From positions 9,539-60,577 of the forward strand of contig MFIQ01000001.1 in assembly GCA_001778905.1 (NCBI GenBank): a stretch of 51,039 nucleotides of DNA, written 5' to 3'. The notes under the pieces are model-generated. The model was given only the letters and a program-made list of their open reading frames with translations. It searched no databases and was not told where the DNA came from. This DNA is from Candidatus Giovannonibacteria bacterium RIFCSPLOWO2_12_FULL_44_15. Lineage in GTDB: Bacteria > Patescibacteriota > Minisyncoccia > JACPKW01 > UBA11713. Position 1 is the stretch's first letter; every line of letters begins with the position of its first letter. Shown here one piece after another: positions 16,160 through 24,679 of the stretch. The position numbers and the translations under genes are program-made.

Positions 16160-16595
16160 GTAGGTTGCGGCCGACTTCGCGCTCGATGTCGCGTTTTTTT
16201 ATTTTGTCGCGTTTTTCGTACTTCTTCTTTCCGCGGACAATTGCGATCTCGATCTTAATTCGGCCGCTTGTAGTATACACCTTTATTGGGATGATTGTCA
16301 ACCCGCGCTTCTCGGCATTTCCTGCGAGAGAGGCTATCTCTTTCTTGTGGAGCAAGAGTTTTCTAGTTCGTTCGCGCACGTACCCCTCAGGCGTATTATT
16401 CGGCTGATAGGGAGGTATATCCATGCCGACGAGAAATGCTTCGTCCCCGCGGATTAAAACGCGTGCCCCGGAAATATTTCCATTTTTATTTTTAAGCGAT
16501 TTTACCTCGAGTCCCAGCAATGATAAACCCGCCTCGAATTTCTCAAGGATTTCATAGTTGAAATATGCTTTTTTGTTTTCGAGCAGGGCGGGCAT
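16152..16595 (-). CDS. smpB: SsrA-binding protein SmpB
   Basis: NKKAYFNYEILEKFEAGLSLLGLEVKSL ... LLLHKKEI ... GLTIIPIKVY is the canonical SmpB sequence pattern. Confidence 0.95.
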   Translation of the reverse strand: MPALLENKKAYFNYEILEKFEAGLSLLGLEVKSLKNKNGNISGARVLIRGDEAFLVGMDIPPYQPNNTPEGYVRERTRKLLLHKKEIASLAGNAEKRGLTIIPIKVYTTSGRIKIEIAIVRGKKKYEKRDKIKKRDIEREVGRNLRG

Positions 16596-16634
16596 AAATT
16601 CATAATAACATTCTTGCTGTGCTAAACTAAAAAC

Positions 16635-18089
16635 ATGCTTCGGGATGAATTAATAAAAGAAATCTCTAAAGCCGTTGGCGCGGATGTCGATATTAAGTTA
16701 GCCGAACCGGAGCGTTCGGAAAACGGAGATTATTCGACAAATGTCGCATTTAGAGTTGCAGGAGACCCGGAAGCAATTGCGGCTGAATTGAGGAAAAGTA
16801 AGTTGATTAAAGACGTTGAGGTTAAAAACAAATTCATAAATATTTTTTTGAAAGATGATGTTTTGATTAAAGAACTCGGTCGAGAATTAAAATGTGAGAA
16901 AAAAAATAAAAAGATTAACGTCGAATTCGTGTCCGCGAATCCGACGGGGCCTTTGACGATGGCCAACGGCCGAGGAGGATTTTACGGGGATGCCCTTTCA
17001 AATATTTTGGAAAAGGCCGGCTACAGTGTCACGCGGGAATACTATATTAACGATGCGGGCAATCAAGTCCGGCTTTTGGGTGAATCCATTCAAGCCGCTG
17101 AAGGAAAGATCCCCGATCAAGAAAATTATTACAAAGGCGAATATATAAAGGGATTGATCGGAAAATCCGGAAAAGAGGCGGTAGAAATTTTGCTTGGGCG
17201 GATAAAGGAGTCTCTCGAGAAGTCCGGAATTAAATTTAATGTTTGGTTTTCAGAGGGAGGGCTTCGCGAAAAAAAAGAGCCGGAGAAAGTTTTGAAATTT
17301 TTGGAAGAAAAAAAACTTATAGAGAAAAAAGATGGAGCAGTGTGGCTTGGCGATGCTGTGCTTGTAAAATCTGACGGAGAATATACGTATTTTTTAGTGG
17401 ACTTAGCGTATCACTGGGATAAATTTATAGAAAGAAAGTTTGATTTGGGCGTAAATATTTTGGGGCCGGATCATCATGGTTATGTTGAGCGAATAAGAAA
17501 AGGAATTGAAGCGCTTGGAATCGAGCCAGAACGCTTGAGAATCATAATTATGCAACTTGTCAGGCTTATTTCAAAAGGGAAGGAGGTTAAAATGTCGAAG
17601 CGCACAGGGCAATTTGTGACTATGGACGAGCTTTTGGAGCAAGTCGGTGTTGATGTCGCGCGGTGGTTTTTTCTTGAGCGCTCGCCGAATACCCACATGG
17701 ATTTCGATTTGGATTTGGCAAAAGAGAAGTCCGAGAAAAACCCGGTTTACTATGTGCAATACGCGCACACGCGTATTGCTGGTATTTTGAATAAATCCGA
17801 TGCAAAGCCCGGTACGCTTACCAAGTTTAGTAATTTTGCAGAGCGCTCACTTGCGCTTAAAATTTTACGCTTCTTGGAGTTACTCGAAGACATTTCCAAA
17901 GACTATCAAGTCCATCGCCTGACTACCTATGCTTACGAACTCGCGCAAACTTTCTCCGCTTTTTACCGCGATGTCAAAGTCATCGGCTCGGACCGCGAAG
18001 CGGAACTTCTATATTTAGTTTCAAAAACAAAGGAAACGCTGGCCACCGTTCTAAAGCTTCTCGACATTTCCCAACCAGAGAAAATGTAA
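16635..18089 (+). CDS. argS: Arginyl-tRNA synthetase (compact, 484 aa; non-canonical HIGH)
   Basis: It has the Arg-tRNA synthetase N-domain, then VEFVSANPTGPLTMANGRGG (the HIGH position reads TMAN). YINDAGNQ, a KMSKRTG loop and the DALR anticodon-binding C-terminus (YVQYAHTRI) follow. Confidence 0.9.
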   Translation: MLRDELIKEISKAVGADVDIKLAEPERSENGDYSTNVAFRVAGDPEAIAAELRKSKLIKDVEVKNKFINIFLKDDVLIKELGRELKCEKKNKKINVEFVSANPTGPLTMANGRGGFYGDALSNILEKAGYSVTREYYINDAGNQVRLLGESIQAAEGKIPDQENYYKGEYIKGLIGKSGKEAVEILLGRIKESLEKSGIKFNVWFSEGGLREKKEPEKVLKFLEEKKLIEKKDGAVWLGDAVLVKSDGEYTYFLVDLAYHWDKFIERKFDLGVNILGPDHHGYVERIRKGIEALGIEPERLRIIIMQLVRLISKGKEVKMSKRTGQFVTMDELLEQVGVDVARWFFLERSPNTHMDFDLDLAKEKSEKNPVYYVQYAHTRIAGILNKSDAKPGTLTKFSNFAERSLALKILRFLELLEDISKDYQVHRLTTYAYELAQTFSAFYRDVKVIGSDREAELLYLVSKTKETLATVLKLLDISQPEKM

Positions 18090-18881
18090 TCAAAGAACAA
18101 TTTTTTCTGCAACAATTTCCATATTCAAAAACTCTTTCGCGAATTTAGAAAATTTCTCCGGGTCGCCGGTTGTGATATAGCGCCTCACATCATTTTTTGA
18201 GAGGTGTTTTTCTATTTCGGGATGGCGGGATAAATAATTTTTTAACGATGCCGGAATTACGGACGGGGACTCAAAAATTTTTGCATCTGGAAGTTCAGCC
18301 TGAATTAAATCTTTTATCAAAGGATAATGCGTGCAGCCGAGAATAATATTTTTTATTCCACCTCTTTCGAATTCTTTTAAATATTCGCGAATCGCTTCTT
18401 TTATTTCTGGGCCATCGATTTTTCCCGCCTCGATCAGCGGGACCAAGAGAGGAGTAGCAACCTGCAAAATGTTGAACATCGGATGTTCAACAGCGTTCAG
18501 TTTCTGAATTTCTCTAACATATGCGCCTGACTCAACGGTAGCTTTGGTGGCAAGAATCCCAATTTTCCCATCGAGCTTTGCGACGGCCTCGGCTACCAGA
18601 ATCAAAACACCCAAGACTTTTATATCGGGTGTCTCTTGTTGTATTTTTCGAAGGGCTTGCGAAGACGCTGTGTTGCAGGCAAGAATGACAAGCTCGCAGC
18701 CGTTTTTAGAAAGCCAATCCACAGCTTGGCGAGTATATTTGTGGATTTCTTCTTGGGAGCGCGAGCCATAGGGCGCGCGGGCGTTATCACCGAAATATAT
18801 AAAGTCGTATTTTGGAAATTTTTCCGCCAATGGCTTAAAAACCGTAAGTCCGCCGTATCCAGAATCAAAAACCCCGATCAT
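18090..18881 (-). CDS. murI: Glutamate racemase
   Basis: IGVFDSGYGGLTV, ILACNTAS and GCTHYPL motifs are present. The start is taken at the internal ATG (MIGVFDSG); the ORF extends to 18917. Its stop codon abuts the argS stop with no intergenic base. Confidence 0.9.
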   Translation of the reverse strand: MIGVFDSGYGGLTVFKPLAEKFPKYDFIYFGDNARAPYGSRSQEEIHKYTRQAVDWLSKNGCELVILACNTASSQALRKIQQETPDIKVLGVLILVAEAVAKLDGKIGILATKATVESGAYVREIQKLNAVEHPMFNILQVATPLLVPLIEAGKIDGPEIKEAIREYLKEFERGGIKNIILGCTHYPLIKDLIQAELPDAKIFESPSVIPASLKNYLSRHPEIEKHLSKNDVRRYITTGDPEKFSKFAKEFLNMEIVAEKIVL

Positions 18882-18963
18882 ACTCTGACTATAAGCAAAA
18901 AGAAAAACTCCCGCCACACTTTTCAGTATGACGGAAGTTTCTATGGTTGGCGGCTTAGCTCGA

Positions 18964-19305
18964 TTATTCGAGCTGTAGATTGGCGTATTGCCGGACAGCT
19001 CGGTAATAACTTACCCACCTTGCCCAATCAGCAGTGGACGCTTCTTGAGGGGTAAAGTCCACTCGCTTCCCGTCCTTATCAAGAACGCTTACGCGATCAA
19101 GCGTTCCGTCAAAGGAATAATCGTAAAAAGAGAAACGGATTTCTAACGCATCGGCACGGCGAACATCGAACGCTATTCCAGCTGGCCGCTCTGTTATTCG
19201 GACAACTGAAGGCGGGGAACTCTTCCCCATTTGGTATGTCCCGAAAAGTACGGCCGCAATGGCGACCGCGATTATTGAGCCAATAAACGCACTCTTTTTA
19301 TTCAT
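18964..19305 (-). CDS. Hypothetical membrane-anchored/secreted protein (113 aa)
   Basis: It has an N-terminal anchor (SAFIGSIIAVAIAAVLFG) followed by a soluble domain. I recognise no family. Confidence 0.4.
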   Translation of the reverse strand: MNKKSAFIGSIIAVAIAAVLFGTYQMGKSSPPSVVRITERPAGIAFDVRRADALEIRFSFYDYSFDGTLDRVSVLDKDGKRVDFTPQEASTADWARWVSYYRAVRQYANLQLE

Positions 19306-19364
19306 GAGAACACCTCCTTCAAAATTTTACTAATTATACACCCGTTATATAATTTTGTCAATAG

Positions 19365-19395
19365 TATAGGCAAGAAACTCATAATCTTGCCTATA
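19365..19395. promoter_or_regulatory. Perfect 11-bp inverted repeat in the ileS leader (candidate operator or RNA hairpin)
   Basis: TATAGGCAAGA (19365-19375), spacer AACTCATAA, then TCTTGCCTATA (19385-19395). It lies 28 nt upstream of the ileS ATG at 19423. A possible -35 TTGTCA sits at 19355-19360. Confidence 0.5.
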
Positions 19396-19422
19396 AGACA
19401 GCATTTGCTAGACTTTACCTAT

Positions 19423-22400
19423 ATGGCCGATGAGAAAGGCTTTCCAATGTATGGTTCCGTTTCTCCTCGCTCTGAAGAGGAGATTCTTCGTTTTTGGAAA
19501 GATAATAAAATATTCGAGAAGTCTCTGGAGTCCAGGAAAAAAGAGAAGAAATTCGTCTTTTTTGAAGGCCCTCCTTATGCCAACGGTATTCCCGGGATTC
19601 ACCACGTAGAATCGCGCTCGTTTAAGGATATTATTTTACGCTACAAGACCATGCGCGGATTTTTTGTACCGCGCAGAGCGGGATGGGATACGCACGGCCT
19701 TCCGACGGAAATGGCGGTTGAAAAAGCGCTCGGTATAAAATCGAAAAGGGAAATCGAGGAGAAAATCGGCGTTGAAAAATTTGTTGAAGAGGCGAAGAAA
19801 AATGTTTTCACGTTCATAGACGCTTGGGAAAAATTGACCGACCGCATGGCATACTGGCTCGATTTGAAAAATGCCTATGTGACGATGACCAATAATTATA
19901 TTGAATCTCTCTGGGCTGTCATTTCCGAAATTTCCAAAAAAAAATTGCTTTATGAAGATTATAAAGTTCTACCGTGGTGCCCGCGCTGTGGAACATCGCT
20001 TTCTTCGCACGAATTGGCGCAGGGGTACCAGAAAGTAAAAGAAAATTCGATTTATGTTAAGTTCCAACTTGCAGGCGATAAGTCGCAAAATCAGCGGGTA
20101 AGTTGTCTAGTTTGGACGACAACTCCATGGACGCTTCCCGGAAACGTAGCGCTCGCGGTAAATCCAAAAATAGATTATGTGACGATAGAACGCGCCGATA
20201 ATTCCGGTGAGTGGCTGATTTTGGCCGAATCTCGTCTTGGCGTAATCGAGGGAGAGTACAAAATTATCAATCGCGAGAAGGGCGCCGCGCTAGTCGGAAC
20301 AAAATACAAGGCTTTATATCCTTATCCTGCTGCGACGGAAAATAGTTATTGCGTTGTCGCGGCCAGTTTTGTATCAACCGAGGACGGCTCGGGAATAGTC
20401 CATATAGCGCCCGCTTTCGGGGGAGACGACTTAGCGGTTGGGAAAAAAGAAAAGTTGCTGACGCTCGTAACTGTAACGGAGGAAGGAAAAATGAATACTC
20501 CGGGTGCTACGTGGGATGGAAAATTCATCAAAGACGCGAACCAACTAATATGCGAAGATTTAAAAAATCGCTCGCTTTTATTCAGTGTCGCTTCTTATGA
20601 ACACGATTATCCTTTCTGCTGGCGGTGCGGCACGGCTTTGATGTACTACGCGAAGACTTCCTGGTTTTTCAAAACTACGGCCGTCCGCGATCATATGCTT
20701 CAGGAAAACAAGAAAATTAGTTGGCGCCCGGAATACTTGCGGGACGGCCGCTTTGGAAGCTGGCTTAAAGAAAATGTTGATTGGGGAATTTCCCGCGAGC
20801 GTTATTGGGGGACTCCGTTGCCGGTTTGGAGATGCGGGAAGTGTAAAAATATAAAAGTTGTTGGATCATTGGAAGAACTTGATGAAGCAAATCCAAGCGC
20901 CGCAAGCATAATTTTCATGCGACATGGCGAAGCATTGCATAATATCAAAAACAGAGTAAATCCATTTTCTCCTGAAAATGACAGCAAAGATGAACTTACT
21001 GAAAAAGGGAGAAGGGATGTTATCGCTTCGGCAGAGAAGCTCAAAAAGGAGAACATAGAAGTCATTGTTTCTTCGCCATCAGCTCGCGCTAAAGAAACTG
21101 CTGAGATAGTTGGCAACATTTTGGGTATTAAAAATATCGAAATAATCCCTGAACTGTACGATGTTATGATTGGAAAGTTTGAGGGGGAGCCCATTAGTGA
21201 GTTCAAAAAGGAGTTTTCAAATTTTGAGGAGCGTTTTACAAAAAAACCCGGTGGAGCGGAAAATTCGCGGGAGCTGAGAAAACGCGTGATGAAAGCCCTT
21301 GGAGAGGTGAGAGTGAAATGCGCTGGCAAGAAAGTTTTGGTTGTGAGCCATGGGGATCCAATTTGGGTTGCAATCGCTACATTGGAAGGACTCAAGGAAA
21401 AAGGCTACAAAGAATCTTTTTACCCAAGCCCCGCGGAATTCAAAAAAATTAAATTGCACAACTGGCCGTATAATCCGGCGGGTGAACTAGATCTTCATAA
21501 GCCGTATATAGACGAAATAAAATTGAAATGCGAAAAGTGTTCGGGCGAGATGGCGCGCGTGAAAGAAGTTGTAGATGTCTGGTTTGATTCCGGAGCGATG
21601 CCGTTTGCCTCGCAAGGCTGGCCCTTCGACTCCGCTCAGGGCAAGCCGCCTGCATTGTATCCGGCTGAATATATTTCCGAGGCGATCGACCAGACGCGGG
21701 GGTGGTTTTATACATTGCTCGCGGTCTCATCGCTTTTGGGATTGAAATCATCATTCAAGCGGGTTTTGTCGCTTGGTTTGGTGTTGGATGAGAAGGGCGA
21801 GAAAATGTCGAAATCAAAAGGAAACGTTGTCGATCCGCAAATGCTTATGGAAAAATATGGGGCGGATGCGGTCAGATGGTATTTTTATACTATCAATCAG
21901 CCTTGGGACGACAAGCTTTTTCGCGAGAAGGACATTCAGGATGCCCAAAGGCGTTTCCTTATGATTCTATGGAATTCGTTTGTGTATTGGCGAACTTACG
22001 GCGCAAAATCAAAAGGCAAAAGTCAAAATGCAAAATTAATTATAAACAAATGGCTTCTTTCAAAATGGAACGAAGTTTTAAGTGAGGTTGAGAAAAAGTT
22101 AGATGCATATGATATTGTTTCGGCCGCACGTGCGCTTGAAAATTTTGTTGTTGAAGATTTGTCGCATTGGTATATCAGGCGGATCCGCGAACATATGAAA
22201 CACGAGAAATCGGAAGCGGCGAAAGAATGTTCGGCAACTCTCGGTTTCGTTTTACTAGAGCTTTCAAAAGCTTTAGCTCCTTTTGTGCCTTTTATTTCCG
22301 AAGGGATTTACAAAAGTTTAGAAGGCAATCACGAGAGCGTGCATCTGGAGGATTTTCCCGCCTTCGCCAAGGCTTCGGCGGGCAAGCCCGAAGAAAAAAT

Positions 22401-22911
22401 TATTAAAGAAATGGAGGTGGTGCGAGAGATAGTTTCGAAAGGCTTGGAGGCACGGCAGAAAGCGGGGATTAAGATCAGACAGCCGTTGTCAGATTTACGA
22501 TTTAAGATTTACGATTTAGGAGATAAAGAGCTTTTGGACTTGATTAAAGGGGAAGTGAATATAAAAAGCGCGATTTTCGATAAAAATCTTAAAGACGACG
22601 TTGAGCTCAATACGGAAATTACGGATGAACTCCGCGAGGAGGGTTTTGTTCGCGAATTTGTGCGGGCTGTTCAGGATTTCAGAAAAGAATTAAAACTGAC
22701 TCCGCAGGAGAAAGTAGAGTTGTCCGCGAAAGGGAAGAAAGAGTTCGAAAAAATTCTCACCAAGCATGAATTGCTCATCAAAAAGGAGATAAACATTTCC
22801 GATTTATTGATAGGTAAGACTGCAGGCAATGCGAAAGAAATTTCCCTCGACGGCGAGAAACTAGAAATAGGAATCAATCACACACATCATCTAAAAATAG
22901 AAAATGCCTGA
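19423..22911 (+). CDS. ileS: Isoleucyl-tRNA synthetase with an inserted histidine-phosphatase-like domain
   Basis: PPYANG...(GIHH), the editing domain (TTTPWTLPGN, GSGIVHIAPAFG), WCISRQ-like DWGISRERYWG, DQTRGWFY and KMSKSKGN are all present. The ORF is open from a TTG at 19387, and the first ATG is at 19423. See the separate feature for the insertion. Confidence 0.95.
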   Translation: MADEKGFPMYGSVSPRSEEEILRFWKDNKIFEKSLESRKKEKKFVFFEGPPYANGIPGIHHVESRSFKDIILRYKTMRGFFVPRRAGWDTHGLPTEMAVEKALGIKSKREIEEKIGVEKFVEEAKKNVFTFIDAWEKLTDRMAYWLDLKNAYVTMTNNYIESLWAVISEISKKKLLYEDYKVLPWCPRCGTSLSSHELAQGYQKVKENSIYVKFQLAGDKSQNQRVSCLVWTTTPWTLPGNVALAVNPKIDYVTIERADNSGEWLILAESRLGVIEGEYKIINREKGAALVGTKYKALYPYPAATENSYCVVAASFVSTEDGSGIVHIAPAFGGDDLAVGKKEKLLTLVTVTEEGKMNTPGATWDGKFIKDANQLICEDLKNRSLLFSVASYEHDYPFCWRCGTALMYYAKTSWFFKTTAVRDHMLQENKKISWRPEYLRDGRFGSWLKENVDWGISRERYWGTPLPVWRCGKCKNIKVVGSLEELDEANPSAASIIFMRHGEALHNIKNRVNPFSPENDSKDELTEKGRRDVIASAEKLKKENIEVIVSSPSARAKETAEIVGNILGIKNIEIIPELYDVMIGKFEGEPISEFKKEFSNFEERFTKKPGGAENSRELRKRVMKALGEVRVKCAGKKVLVVSHGDPIWVAIATLEGLKEKGYKESFYPSPAEFKKIKLHNWPYNPAGELDLHKPYIDEIKLKCEKCSGEMARVKEVVDVWFDSGAMPFASQGWPFDSAQGKPPALYPAEYISEAIDQTRGWFYTLLAVSSLLGLKSSFKRVLSLGLVLDEKGEKMSKSKGNVVDPQMLMEKYGADAVRWYFYTINQPWDDKLFREKDIQDAQRRFLMILWNSFVYWRTYGAKSKGKSQNAKLIINKWLLSKWNEVLSEVEKKLDAYDIVSAARALENFVVEDLSHWYIRRIREHMKHEKSEAAKECSATLGFVLLELSKALAPFVPFISEGIYKSLEGNHESVHLEDFPAFAKASAGKPEEKIIKEMEVVREIVSKGLEARQKAGIKIRQPLSDLRFKIYDLGDKELLDLIKGEVNIKSAIFDKNLKDDVELNTEITDELREEGFVREFVRAVQDFRKELKLTPQEKVELSAKGKKEFEKILTKHELLIKKEINISDLLIGKTAGNAKEISLDGEKLEIGINHTHHLKIENA
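20899..21471 (+). other. Histidine phosphatase superfamily (branch 1, dPGM/CobC/SixA-like) domain inserted in-frame in IleRS
   Basis: Residues about 505-695 of the ORF (numbered from 19387) carry IIFMRHGEALHN, LTEKGRRD, SSPSARAKETAE, IGKFEGE and VVSHGD. The insertion lies between WRCGKC (20827-20844) and KCEKC (21526-21540), the two halves of the IleRS zinc knuckle. Confidence 0.75.
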
Positions 22912-24640
22912 AACTCGATCCTGCCAAAACTGCAAACAAAACTTTGCAATCGAACCGGAGGATTTTAAGTTTTATGAAAAAATTTCTGTCCCGCCGCCGA
23001 CATTTTGCCCAAAATGCAGAATGACGCGGCGTATGCGTTTTGGCAATCACTTAAATATGTATAAAAGAAGGGATGATTTAGGTAATAAGGAAATACTATC
23101 AGTTTATGACAAAGACGTCCCCTTCCTAATTTATAAAGCCGAAGATTGGTGGTCTGACAAATGGGACCCAATGCAATTTGGTAAGGAATATGATTTTGCT
23201 ATTCCATTTTTTTCTCAATTTCTGGCTCTTTATCGCAGCGTACCGCAAATGAATCTTGTAAATATTAATTCAGTTAACTGCAATTACTGTCCTAAAATAA
23301 TGAACGCAAAAAATTGTTATCTTTCTATTGGGTTGGGAATAGAAAATTGTATTTATGGCTACTACTCGCGATATTCTAAAGATTCTATTAGTTATTTCAA
23401 TTTGAATCTTTCCGAGAAATGCTACGAGTGCGTTGATTGTTATAAATGTAATTCTCTTTTTTTCTCGCAGGACTGTGTCGAATGTTATGACTCAAAATTT
23501 CTAATAGATTGCCGAAATTGCCACGATTGTTTTGGATGCGTTAATTTACGAAATAAATCATTCTGTATATTAAATAAACAATATACGAAAGAAGAATATA
23601 AAGAAATAATTAATGAATATGATTTCGGGAGCAACGAAGGTATTAAACAAGCAATAGAAAAACTTAACAATCTTAAAGTTCACTTACCGAGACGCTACTC
23701 TATTTTAAATAAATGCGCTAATGTCACAGGAAATCACTTGTCAAATTCTATCAATTCATTTGATTGTTTTGACATCTCCGAAGATAGTAGCTTGGAAAGA
23801 GTTAAATATGGAATTATTGGAAGCTCTATGAGAGATTGTTATGATTTTTTTACTGGCGGAGAAGACATTGAATTATCGGCAGAATTCATGCTGACCGTTG
23901 GAGGCAGTAATAACTTCGCAACCATTAATGTTCCTGAATCGCATAATGTTAAATATTCTATTGATTGTTATAACTCGAGTAATTTGATTGGATGTGTTGG
24001 CCTGCGTAAAAAAGAATATTGTATTCTCAATAAACAATTTACCAAAGAAGAATACGAAGAGCTCATTCCAAAAATCATCCAGCATATGAAAGATATACCA
24101 TACATAGATAATAAGAAAAGAGTTTATGCGTACGGCGAATTTTTTCCGGAGGAATTTTCTCCTTTTGCATATAATGAAACCGTTGCCCAAGAAAATTACC
24201 CTTTAACAAAGGGGCAGGCGCTTGATATGGGATATTCTTGGAAAGATTCAGAAAAAAGAAATTATCAAATTAGTGTGAAATCTCAGGATCTCCCAGATCA
24301 TATCCGGGATGCAAAAGATGATATTTTAAATCATATAATTGGATGTGAACATGAAGGAAAATGCAACGAGCAATGCACAGAAGCATTTAGAATTATTTCC
24401 CAAGAACTCGATTTTTATCGAAAGCAAAATTTTCCCTTGCCACGACTCTGTCCTAACTGTCGCCATCACCAAAGGCAGAAACAACGCAATCCCTTAAAAC
24501 TCTGGCATCGCGCGTGCATGTGCGAGTTGGAAAACCATGGGCACGATGGAAAATGCCCCAACGAATTTGAAACTTCATATTCTCCGGAAAGGCTAGAAAT
24601 TATTTATTGCGAGAGTTGTTATAACAAAGAAGTCGCATAA
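22904..24640 (+). CDS. Cysteine-rich (multi zinc-ribbon-like) protein of unknown function, 578 aa
   Basis: The start ATG overlaps the ileS stop (ATGCCTGA). The N-terminal module CQNC...FKFYEKISVPPPTFCPKCRMTRRMRFGNHL recurs near the C-terminus as FRIISQELDFYRKQNFPLPRLCPNCRHHQRQKQRNPL. The central region has two homologous Cys-rich lobes, ending FGCVNLRNKSFCILNKQYTKEEYKE and IGCVGLRKKEYCILNKQFTKEEYEE. Confidence 0.7.
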   Translation: MPETRSCQNCKQNFAIEPEDFKFYEKISVPPPTFCPKCRMTRRMRFGNHLNMYKRRDDLGNKEILSVYDKDVPFLIYKAEDWWSDKWDPMQFGKEYDFAIPFFSQFLALYRSVPQMNLVNINSVNCNYCPKIMNAKNCYLSIGLGIENCIYGYYSRYSKDSISYFNLNLSEKCYECVDCYKCNSLFFSQDCVECYDSKFLIDCRNCHDCFGCVNLRNKSFCILNKQYTKEEYKEIINEYDFGSNEGIKQAIEKLNNLKVHLPRRYSILNKCANVTGNHLSNSINSFDCFDISEDSSLERVKYGIIGSSMRDCYDFFTGGEDIELSAEFMLTVGGSNNFATINVPESHNVKYSIDCYNSSNLIGCVGLRKKEYCILNKQFTKEEYEELIPKIIQHMKDIPYIDNKKRVYAYGEFFPEEFSPFAYNETVAQENYPLTKGQALDMGYSWKDSEKRNYQISVKSQDLPDHIRDAKDDILNHIIGCEHEGKCNEQCTEAFRIISQELDFYRKQNFPLPRLCPNCRHHQRQKQRNPLKLWHRACMCELENHGHDGKCPNEFETSYSPERLEIIYCESCYNKEVA

Positions 24641-24651
24641 TTTATATTCAC

Positions 24652-24679
24652 TTGACACATATCCTATATGATATACAAT
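24652..24679 (+). promoter_or_regulatory. Candidate sigma70-type promoter for the toxin-antitoxin pair
   Basis: -35 TTGACA (24652-24657), a 16-nt spacer, then -10 TACAAT (24674-24679). It overlaps the first ATG of the higB-like ORF (24668). If the promoter is used, the real start may be the in-frame GTG at 24701. Confidence 0.4.

Noticed and set aside
20899-21471. I asked whether the IleRS insertion could be an intein or a homing-endonuclease insertion.
   Set aside because: There is no Cys/Ser/Thr at the N-terminal splice junction and no intein block motifs. The only HN dipeptide (KLHNW) is followed by Trp, not by Cys/Ser/Thr. The inserted sequence instead carries the complete set of histidine-phosphatase motifs.
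21625-22390. I considered whether the FDSAQGKP and FAKASAGKP stretches in IleRS could be insertions of a repeat element that disrupt the enzyme.
   Set aside because: The first lies where IleRS normally has a loop of similar length before the DQTRGWF motif, and the reading frame and motifs are intact. The nucleotide similarity to the intergenic motif is short and statistically marginal.
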